The notes beneath the pieces are model-generated. The model saw only the letters and a program-made list of their open reading frames with translations, made no database searches and had not been told where the DNA came from. From Candidatus Krumholzibacteriia bacterium (GTDB taxonomy: Bacteria > Krumholzibacteriota > Krumholzibacteriia > LZORAL124-64-63): DNA of 23,927 bases. The stretch covers positions 1 to 23,927 of the forward strand of contig JAWOID010000038.1 in assembly GCA_046484865.1 (NCBI GenBank). The letters run 5' to 3'. Each line of letters opens with the position of its first letter. Positions within the stretch are counted from its first letter, which is position 1. Made by a program: the position numbers and the translations under genes. Shown one piece after another: positions 16,626 through 23,927 of the stretch.

Positions 16626-18332
16626 ATGGCGAAGATCGTCAAGAAGCAGAAGCGCAAGCTCGGGTCCCGCGGCTTCGGCGCCGCCTCGCGCGAGCAGTCG
16701 TCGCGGCGACCTTTCTACGTGCCGAAGAAGGCCCCCTGCGGGGGCAACTGTCCCGCCGGCAACCACGTCCGCAGCGCGATGCGGATCATCAACAACCACG
16801 ATCACAAGAATCGCAGCGAGGAAGAGACCTGGCGCGAGGCGTACGAGGTCTTCGCCGAGACGACGCCGTTCCTGGCCACCTGCGGTCGCGTCTGCCCGGC
16901 CGTCTGCGAGCAGAACTGCAACCGCAAGGAAGTGGACGACGCCGCCGTGCACATCCGCTGCATCGAGCGGTTCCTGGGCGACTGGGCGCTGGAGCACCAG
17001 CCGCCGGTGCCCGGGGTGAGCGACGAGAAGCGCAGCGAGAAGGTGGCGGTGGTGGGCGGCGGTCCGGCCGGTCTGAGCTGCGCCTACCAGCTCGCGCGCA
17101 AGGGCTACGCGGTCACCGTGTACGAGGCCTTCGACAAGGCCGGCGGCATGCTGCGCTACGGCATTCCCGATTACCGCATGCCCGCCGGCGTGCTCGACGC
17201 CGAGATCCAGCGCATCGCCGACCTGGGCGTGGACATCAAGACCGGCGTGCGCGTGGGTACGGACATCGGCTTCGACGAGCTGAAGTCGCAGTACGACGCG
17301 GTGTTCGTGGGCATCGGCGCGCACAAGGGCTACACGCTCGGGGTGCCCGGCGAGGACGCCGCCAACGTCATGTCGGGCGTGGCGTTCCTGAACCGGATCA
17401 ACGGCGGCGAGACGATCGACGTCGGCGACAAGGTCATCGTCATCGGTGGCGGCGACACGGCCATCGACGCCGCGCGCATCGCCCGCCGGCTGGGTGCCGA
17501 GGCGCACATCGTCTACCGTCGCACGCGCACCGAGATGCCCGCGATCGAGCCGGAGATCGAGGAGGCCCTCAAGGAGGGTGTCCACATCGACTACCTGGCG
17601 GCACCGGTGGAGATCCTCAAGGAGGGCGACCGCGCGGTGGGGATGCGCAGCATCCGCATGGAACTCGGCGAGCCCGACGCTTCCGGCCGTCGCCGGCCGG
17701 TGCCCGTGGCGGGAAGCGAGTTCGATATCGACGCCACCTTCATCATCCCGGCCATCAGCCAGGAGCCCGACTTCGCCAGCATGGAGTTCCTGCGGGAGGG
17801 GCGGGACTGGATCAAGGTCGATCCCGAGTACCGCGTCGCCCTGCTGGACGGCAACGTCTACGCCGGCGGCGACGCGACCGACCTGGCCCTGGTCACGACG
17901 GCCATCGGTCAGGGCCGCAAGGCTGCCGCAGCCATCGACCGCGACTTCCGGGAGCTGGAGAAGACCGGCGGCCCGGACCTGCCGTGGGTCACCGCCAGCC
18001 AGCTCAACAAGGGACACTGGCTGGAGTTGAGGCAGCCGCACGTGGAGGAGGAGCACATCCCGGTCGAGGAGGCCCTGGCGGCGCTCGACCGCGAGACCAC
18101 CCGCACCTTCACCATGGACGAGGCGCGCACCGAGGCGGCGCGCTGCATGAGCTGCGGGCTGTGCTTCGATTGCGAGAACTGCTTCAAGTACTGCCAGGAC
18201 AGCGCCATCGTGCGGCCGGAGGAGCGTGGCGGAGAGTACAGGATCAAGCTGGAGAACTGCATCGGCTGCGACAAGTGCGCGGAAGCGTGCCCCTGCGGGT
18301 ACATCGACATGCGCGACATGAGCGGCCGCTAG
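16626..18332 (+). CDS. dsrL: DsrL iron-sulfur flavoprotein, NAD(P)H:acceptor oxidoreductase, DsrL-2 type
   Basis: APCGGNCPAG, CGRVCPAVCEQNCNR, VVGGGPAG (FAD), IGGGDTAID followed by YRR (NADP(H)-type), RCMSCGLCFDCENC and CIGCDKCAEACPCG; located between dsrN and dsrC. Confidence 0.92.
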   Translation: MAKIVKKQKRKLGSRGFGAASREQSSRRPFYVPKKAPCGGNCPAGNHVRSAMRIINNHDHKNRSEEETWREAYEVFAETTPFLATCGRVCPAVCEQNCNRKEVDDAAVHIRCIERFLGDWALEHQPPVPGVSDEKRSEKVAVVGGGPAGLSCAYQLARKGYAVTVYEAFDKAGGMLRYGIPDYRMPAGVLDAEIQRIADLGVDIKTGVRVGTDIGFDELKSQYDAVFVGIGAHKGYTLGVPGEDAANVMSGVAFLNRINGGETIDVGDKVIVIGGGDTAIDAARIARRLGAEAHIVYRRTRTEMPAIEPEIEEALKEGVHIDYLAAPVEILKEGDRAVGMRSIRMELGEPDASGRRRPVPVAGSEFDIDATFIIPAISQEPDFASMEFLREGRDWIKVDPEYRVALLDGNVYAGGDATDLALVTTAIGQGRKAAAAIDRDFRELEKTGGPDLPWVTASQLNKGHWLELRQPHVEEEHIPVEEALAALDRETTRTFTMDEARTEAARCMSCGLCFDCENCFKYCQDSAIVRPEERGGEYRIKLENCIGCDKCAEACPCGYIDMRDMSGR

Positions 18333-18383
18333 CGCGGAAGCAGAGGCCACTTCGGCCGAAGCAGAACCAGGAGGACGATCAGG

Positions 18384-18701
18384 ATGGCGGTGTTCGAAAA
18401 AGGCAACGTGAGCATCGAAGTCGACGAGGACGGGTTCATGGTCAACCCGGACGAGTGGAACGAGGACGTGGCCGCGGCTCTGGCGACCACCGAGGGCATC
18501 GAGACCCTGTCCGAGGACCACTGGAAGGTCATGAACTACCTGCGCGACTACTACAAGGAGTTCGGTGTCGCGCCCATGATCCGGAAGCTCTGCAAGGAGA
18601 CGGGCTACCCGCTGAAGCAGATCTACGAGCTGTTCCCGTCCGGCCCGGCCAAGGGTGCCTGCAAGCTCGCAGGCCTGGCCAAGCCGACCGGTTGCGTCTA
18701 G
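18384..18701 (+). CDS. dsrC: DsrC sulfur-carrier protein with both C-terminal cysteines
   Basis: GGAGG RBS; VDEDGF, HWKVMNYLRDYY and LFPSGPAKGACKLAGLAKPTGCV (Cys-X10-Cys). Confidence 0.97.
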   Translation: MAVFEKGNVSIEVDEDGFMVNPDEWNEDVAAALATTEGIETLSEDHWKVMNYLRDYYKEFGVAPMIRKLCKETGYPLKQIYELFPSGPAKGACKLAGLAKPTGCV

Positions 18702-18756
18702 TCTCGCGGGTCGCATAGCTCCGGCGCGCCCCTCGCGGGCGATGCACCTGGACGGC

Positions 18757-18786
18757 CGAGGGCCGGCCCCAGCGGGCCGGCCCTTG
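18757..18786 (+). terminator. Hairpin after dsrC
   Basis: AGGGCCGGCCC-CAGC-GGGCCGGCCCT 11-bp stem, extendable by G-U and C-G pairs; weak U-tract. Confidence 0.5.
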
Positions 18787-18879
18787 CCGTCACGGGGGGC
18801 ACCCAGATCAACGGTAGGAGGGCTCCTCTCTTCGCCGGCGCGCTGGGCCCGGCCCGGTCGAAACATCAGGAGGTCCCGC

Positions 18880-20670
18880 ATGCCCGCCTCTCCCGCCAGC
18901 GCCAACGGCCCCGCCGATGCCGCCGGTTCCGCCGATGTCACCGGTTCCGCCGGCCCCCGTCGTTCTGACGGTGCTTCCGCTGCGTCCCGCCCCCGGATCC
19001 TGGTCGTCGGCGCCTCTGCCGCCGGGCTGAAGGCCGGCGCGCGGGCCATGCGGCTCATGCCGGAAGCGGTCGTCACCGTGCTCGAGCGGCGGGAGGTCTT
19101 CTCGTTCGGCGCCTGCGGCCTGCCCTACTACGTGGCCGGCGACGTGGACGATCTCGAGGAACTGAGGCGAACGGCCTACGGCATGGTGCGCGACGCGGGG
19201 TACTTCGCGCGGGTGAAAGGGCTCGACGTGCGCCCGGGCATGGCGGTGCACCGGCTGGACACCGAGGCGCGGCGGGTGACCGCCACCGGCGACGGCGGCC
19301 GCGAAGCGACCTTCGACTACGACGAGCTCGTCATCGCCACCGGCGCGGCGCCCCGGCTGGTCGAGGGAGTGGAGCTGGGGGAGCGCGTCTGCTGCCTGCA
19401 CACGCCCGCCGACGCCCGGCAGATCCGGCAGGGGCTGGAGACGGGACAGGTGGGTACGGCCGTCGTCGTGGGCGGCGGTTTCATCGGGGTGGAGGCCGCG
19501 GTCGCGCTGGCGGACATGTGGGGATGCGAGGTCAGCCTGGTGGAGGCCGAGGATCGGCTCCTGCCGCACATGCTCGATGCGGAGATGGCCGCCGTGGTGG
19601 CGAGCGAGCTGGCGCGGCGCGGCGTGGTGGTGCACACCGGTTGCCCGGTGACCCGGGTCGGCACGGTCGCCGACGGTCGCGGTGCGGTGGTCGAGGCCGG
19701 CGGCAAGCTCGCGGGCACGCCCCTGGAGACCGACTTCGCCCTGGTCGCTCTCGGCGTGGTTCCGGTCACCGACTTCGCCGCGGCCGCGGGGCTCGCCCTC
19801 GGTCCGCGAGGCGGCCTGAAGGTCGATGATCGCCTGCACACCAGCGCACCCCACGTGTGGGCTGCGGGCGACTGCGTCGAGGTGGCCTGCGCCGCCACGG
19901 GCGAGTCGCGGCACATCCCGCTGGGCTCGCTGGCGAACCGTCAGGGGCGGGTGGTGGGCGACAACCTGGCCGGTCTCGACACCGTCTTCGGTCCGGTGGC
20001 GGGCAGCGCCTGCGTGAAGGTGTTCGATCTCGGCGTGGCCGCCACCGGCGTGAACGAGACCTCGGCCCGGCGAGCCGGTCTCGATGCCCGCAGCACCTGG
20101 GGGACCTTCCTGGACGTCGCGCACTATTACCCGGAATCGCGCCCGCTCTACCTCGAGCTGGTGTACGAGGCCGGCTCGCTGCGCGTCCTGGGACTGCAGG
20201 CGGTGGGCGGGGGCGACGTGGTGAAGCGGGTGGATCTGGCGGCCGGCGTGGTGCGCCGGCACGGCACGCTGCACGACCTGCTGGATCTGGAATGCTGCTA
20301 CTCGCCGCCCTACAACTCGGCCCTCGACCCGCTGCACGGCCTGGCCGCCACCGCGCTCAACCAGGAGCGGTTCGGCATTCGCGGCGCGTCGCCGGCGAGC
20401 GGCACCGCCGGTCGCGTGGTGCTGGACGTGCGCAGCGCCGACGAGGTGGCGGCGCGGCCGCTGTCCTGCGAGTCGCTGGAGGTGCCGTGCGACGAGCTGC
20501 GCGCGCGCCTCGGCGAGGTCCCGCGCGACCGGCCCCTGCTGATCGCCTGCGAGAAAGGACCCCGGTCCGCCGAGGTGGCCAGGTGGCTGCAGAGCCAGGG
20601 CTGGACGGACGTGATCTTTCTCGCCGGAGGCGCGGCGCTCAGGGATCAGGTGGGGGATTCCCGTAAGTAG
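18880..20670 (+). CDS. CoA-disulfide reductase-rhodanese fusion (CoADR-RHD/Npsr-like persulfide reductase)
   Basis: AGGAGG RBS then in-frame ATG at 18880. SFGACGLPYY (redox Cys), VIATGA, VVGGGFIGVE, WAAGDC, YSPPY, and a C-terminal rhodanese domain VLDVR...IACEKGPRS with the active-site Cys. Confidence 0.88.
   Translation: MPASPASANGPADAAGSADVTGSAGPRRSDGASAASRPRILVVGASAAGLKAGARAMRLMPEAVVTVLERREVFSFGACGLPYYVAGDVDDLEELRRTAYGMVRDAGYFARVKGLDVRPGMAVHRLDTEARRVTATGDGGREATFDYDELVIATGAAPRLVEGVELGERVCCLHTPADARQIRQGLETGQVGTAVVVGGGFIGVEAAVALADMWGCEVSLVEAEDRLLPHMLDAEMAAVVASELARRGVVVHTGCPVTRVGTVADGRGAVVEAGGKLAGTPLETDFALVALGVVPVTDFAAAAGLALGPRGGLKVDDRLHTSAPHVWAAGDCVEVACAATGESRHIPLGSLANRQGRVVGDNLAGLDTVFGPVAGSACVKVFDLGVAATGVNETSARRAGLDARSTWGTFLDVAHYYPESRPLYLELVYEAGSLRVLGLQAVGGGDVVKRVDLAAGVVRRHGTLHDLLDLECCYSPPYNSALDPLHGLAATALNQERFGIRGASPASGTAGRVVLDVRSADEVAARPLSCESLEVPCDELRARLGEVPRDRPLLIACEKGPRSAEVARWLQSQGWTDVIFLAGGAALRDQVGDSRK
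18911..18952 (+). repeat. 18-bp in-frame imperfect tandem duplication (ADAAGS/ADVTGS)
   Basis: CCGCCGATGCCGCCGGTT followed by CCGCCGATGTCACCGGTT and a partial CCGCCG. Confidence 0.75.
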
Positions 20671-20905
20671 CGACCCTGCAGACAAATCCGTGACAACCCA
20701 GTTCTGGACGCCGGGTGATCATCCATTATCTTTGCCGGTGTCAGGCGGAATGTGTCCGAATTCTTGTGCAGAATTGCGAGATCGGGCATCCTTTCGGCCG
20801 GAGCGTCTTCTGCTCCGGGTGCCGGACTCGATGGAATGCGCTCGCCCGCCGTCGTCGGCGCGGGCACGATCAGCGGCGGCGGAACGGTTCGCCGACGAGG
20901 TGCCG

Positions 20906-22237
20906 ATGATCAGCAAGAGCCAGTTGACCGCTCATCCCCATCTGCCCCGCCATCCGGGAACCCACCCCGGCATCTCCGTCTACGCCGAGAGCGACACCGA
21001 CGTGCTGCAGCCCGGCCGCAAGCTCGTGGTCGTGGGTTACAACCACCGCACGGCCAAGCTCGCGGTACGCTCCCGATTCGCGGTGGCGAGCGACGACCTG
21101 CCGCGCGTGACCCGCGCGTTCACGGCCCTGCCCGGCGTGGACGGATGCGTGTTGCTGACCACGTGCAACCGGGTGGAGGCGTACCTGGAGATCCGCAGCG
21201 AGGCGGAGGCCGAGGCGGCGTTCGTCGAGATCTTCGGCCGCGGCGACCTCGAGGCACGGCAGCAGCTCGCCCGCTCGCTCATGGTGCGCAGCGGGGCCAA
21301 CGCCGCTCAGCACCTCTTCCGGGTGGCGTCCGGGCTCGATTCCATGGTCCTGGGGGACGCTCAGATCCTCGGCCAGACGAAGCAGGCCTACAAGGACGCC
21401 TGCGCGTTCGGCACGGCCTCGCCCGTCCTCCACAAGGCTTTCCACCTGGCATTCCGCTGCGGCAAGCAGGTGCGCACCGAGACGCCCATGGACGGCGCGC
21501 ACTCGGTGGCCGGGTCGGCGCTGGCGCTGCTCGGCGAGGAACTGGGCGGACTGCGCGGCCGCAGCTTCCTGCTGGTGGGCATCAACAAGATGACCCGGAC
21601 GGCGGCGGCCCGGCTCCTCAAGTCGGGCGCGGCCTGCGTCCTGGTGACGAACCGCACCGACGCGCGCGGTCGCGAGCTGGCGCGGGCGATCGGCGGCGAG
21701 CACGTGCGGTGGTCCGAGCGACTGCAGGCGGCAGCCCGCGTGGACGCCGTGGTCACGAGCACGGGCTCCACGCAACCCATCTTCACCCGCGAGGAACTGG
21801 CGGCGGCGGTGAGCGGGCGCGCCCATCTGCCCCTGCGGGTGGTGGACATGGCGGTGCCGCCGGACGTGGCCACGGCGTCCGGTCCGCAGGCCAACGGCTC
21901 CAGGGCGGATCTGGACGATCTGGTGCAGGTGATCGACCTCGAGGTGATCGGCGCCTACCAGGAGCGCGTGCAGGAGCGGCGCTGCCTCGCGGTCGGCGAC
22001 GGGGAGGAACTCGTCAGCCGGCACCTGCAGGATTTCCTGAACTGGCTCGGCAACCAGCAGCTCGGCCCGCGCATGAAGCGCCTGCGCGAGGAACTCGATC
22101 AGGTGCTGGCGGTGGAGCTCGAGCGCCTGCCGGGGAACCTCGATCCCCTCGAGCGCGAACGCATGGCCGGATTCGCCGAGATGCTCGTCCGCCGCTTCAT
22201 GGGCGCCTACAAGCGCGTCGACGAGCAGAGCGGCTGA
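20906..22237 (+). CDS. hemA: Glutamyl-tRNA reductase (atypical motifs)
   Basis: GAGGTG RBS then in-frame ATG at 20906. VGYNHRTA, LLTTCNRVEAY, HLFRVASGLDSMVLGDAQILGQ, GKQVRTET, VTNRT and VDMAVPPDV. Confidence 0.9.
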   Translation: MISKSQLTAHPHLPRHPGTHPGISVYAESDTDVLQPGRKLVVVGYNHRTAKLAVRSRFAVASDDLPRVTRAFTALPGVDGCVLLTTCNRVEAYLEIRSEAEAEAAFVEIFGRGDLEARQQLARSLMVRSGANAAQHLFRVASGLDSMVLGDAQILGQTKQAYKDACAFGTASPVLHKAFHLAFRCGKQVRTETPMDGAHSVAGSALALLGEELGGLRGRSFLLVGINKMTRTAAARLLKSGAACVLVTNRTDARGRELARAIGGEHVRWSERLQAAARVDAVVTSTGSTQPIFTREELAAAVSGRAHLPLRVVDMAVPPDVATASGPQANGSRADLDDLVQVIDLEVIGAYQERVQERRCLAVGDGEELVSRHLQDFLNWLGNQQLGPRMKRLREELDQVLAVELERLPGNLDPLERERMAGFAEMLVRRFMGAYKRVDEQSG

Positions 22238-22357
22238 GCGCGCGCGGCCCCGCGGCCGCTCGCGTCACACCTGCGCCGCCGCTTGTCGGGCGGTCTCGCA
22301 GCCGCTACCCTGATCCGGATCTCGTGGCAGTATCATCTCCAGCAAGCGAGGGGCATC

Positions 22358-23857
22358 ATGCTCATGGTGCTGAGCAGAGCGGCGCGGATGGGCCGCGCCG
22401 GCCGGCTGCCGGCCGGTCGCAGGGCATTCCCGCTGACGGTGTCGATGACGGTCCTGGTGACCGCGGGGGTCTTGATGGCGACGACGGGGTTGCCGGGTTG
22501 TGCCTCCCGGACGGATCGGGACGCGGAGTTCACCGCTCTGGCGAGCCGCTATCTCGACGGCATGTTCGAGCGGGATCCGGTCTGGGCGACCGCGCTCGGC
22601 GACCATCGCTTCGACGGCACGTGGCCGGACTTCACGCGGGCCGGCATCGCCGACGAGCTGGCGTTCCATCACGCCTACCTGGACAGCGTGTCGGCATTGA
22701 GTCCGGACCGTCTGAACGACGTCAATGCCGTGGATCACGCCATCCTGAGCGACGCCATCGCCGCCCGCATCTTCGCGCTGAGCGAACTGCGCGAGGCGTT
22801 CTGGAACCCGTTGCTCTACAACACCGGTGACGGCATCTACGCGCTGCTGGCGCGGGACTTCGCGCCGTTGCCGGACCGCCTGGCGAGCGTACGGGCCCGG
22901 CTGGAGGGCCTGCCCGCGCTGCTGGCGGCCGCGCGGGAGAACCTGCAGGAGCCGCCGCGCATCTTCACCGAGACCGCGATCACCCAGAACCGCGGCACGA
23001 TCCGGCTCATCCTCGACGACCTGCAACCGCACCTGGAGCAGGTGCCGCATCTGCGCGACGAGATGGTGACGGCGCGTAGCGCCGCCATCGCCGCCCTGGA
23101 GGAGCACGGCCGCTGGCTCGAGGACGAGCTGCTGCCGCGGTCCACCGGCGACTTCCGCCTGGGACCGGACCTGTGGCGCAAGAAGCTGCGCTACTCGCTG
23201 GCATCGGATCTGGATCCGGACGCGCTGCTGGCGAGGGCGGAGCAGGATCTGGCGGACACCCGGGCGCAGATGCGCGCGGTGGCCGAGCCGCTCTACCGCG
23301 AGTACTTCCCCGAGGAGGACGATCCCGCCGCTTTCGACGATCAGACCGTGATCGGTCGCGTGCTCGAGCGCATCGCCGACGATCATCCGAGCGACGAGAC
23401 CATCGTGGAGCAGGCCGCCCGCGACCTGGCCGCGCTGGCGGACTTCGTGCGCCAGCGGGAGCTGGTCACGGTACCGGACAAGCCGGTGAGCCTGATCGTG
23501 ATGCCGGAGCATCAGCGCGGAGTGTGGATCGCTTACTGCGATTCGCCCGGACCGCTGGAGCAGAGCGGCCACACGTTCTACGCCATCGCGCCCACACCCG
23601 CGGACTGGTCGCCGGAGCGCAAGGAGAGCTTCTACCGGGAATACAACGATGCCATGCTGCAGGTGCTCACCGTGCACGAGGCCATGCCCGGCCACTACCT
23701 GCAGATCGCTCACGCCAACGACTTCGAGGCTCCCACGCCGCTGCGGGCGATCTTCTCCAGCGGCACCTTCGTGGAGGGGTGGGCGACGTACGCCGAGCAG
23801 CTCATGGTGGAGGCCGGCTGGGGCGGTCCCGGACGTATACTCCCAACAGGTCGTTGA
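22358..23857 (+). CDS. DUF885 family lipoprotein (zincin-like), C-terminally truncated at about 23831
   Basis: GAGGGG RBS; lipobox LPG-C; DPVWATALGDHRFD, TVHEAMPGHYLQ and FVEGWATYAE. The frame ends shortly after the EGWA motif, in sequence of different composition. Confidence 0.85.
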   Translation: MLMVLSRAARMGRAGRLPAGRRAFPLTVSMTVLVTAGVLMATTGLPGCASRTDRDAEFTALASRYLDGMFERDPVWATALGDHRFDGTWPDFTRAGIADELAFHHAYLDSVSALSPDRLNDVNAVDHAILSDAIAARIFALSELREAFWNPLLYNTGDGIYALLARDFAPLPDRLASVRARLEGLPALLAAARENLQEPPRIFTETAITQNRGTIRLILDDLQPHLEQVPHLRDEMVTARSAAIAALEEHGRWLEDELLPRSTGDFRLGPDLWRKKLRYSLASDLDPDALLARAEQDLADTRAQMRAVAEPLYREYFPEEDDPAAFDDQTVIGRVLERIADDHPSDETIVEQAARDLAALADFVRQRELVTVPDKPVSLIVMPEHQRGVWIAYCDSPGPLEQSGHTFYAIAPTPADWSPERKESFYREYNDAMLQVLTVHEAMPGHYLQIAHANDFEAPTPLRAIFSSGTFVEGWATYAEQLMVEAGWGGPGRILPTGR

Positions 23858-23927
23858 ACACGCAGAACAGGAGCGCCGGGTCTTTGTGGCATCGGATACC
23901 AGCGGCGGCGTGTATTCAATCGGCATG

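Noticed and set aside
16626..18332. Glutamate synthase small subunit GltD
   Set aside because: The C-terminal double ferredoxin with RCMSCG and the dsr context indicate DsrL; no gltB nearby.
18384..18701. TusE/RspA tRNA-thiolation sulfur carrier
   Set aside because: Both C-terminal cysteines are present and the gene is linked to dsrAB.
20759..20775. Inverted repeat AATTCT-N5-AGAATT upstream of hemA
   Set aside because: Only 6-bp arms and no matching regulator known to me; too weak to call.

Overview
Very GC-rich window from a diderm bacterium; almost all real genes lie on the + strand. There are three blocks. (1) 748-12017 is an envelope block: a CPBP membrane protease, then a tightly coupled seven-gene operon (T9SS type-B CTD protein, PorP/SprF-like barrel fused to an Ig-like domain, ExbB/TolQ, ExbD/TolR, a TonB-like membrane-anchored protein, a large helical/TPR lipoprotein and an unknown exported protein), then DUF1328 and a small outer-membrane barrel. 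(2) 12432-18701 is a dissimilatory sulfite reductase cluster dsrA-dsrB-dsrD-dsrN-dsrL-dsrC, with a clean sigma70 promoter and a possible Rex box. It is followed by a CoA-disulfide/persulfide reductase-rhodanese fusion and an atypical hemA; dsrT, dsrMKJOP and dsrEFH are not in the window. (3) A DUF885 lipoprotein. Both window ends look discontinuous: a 5'-truncated, alphaproteobacterial-like purA at 1-482, and an abrupt break of DUF885 at about 23831. This suggests chimeric contig ends. The best candidates for novel biology are the T9SS-component plus ExbBD/TonB-like operon and the dsrC-persulfide reductase linkage in a probable FCB-related lineage. All family assignments come from motif recognition by eye; no searches were run.
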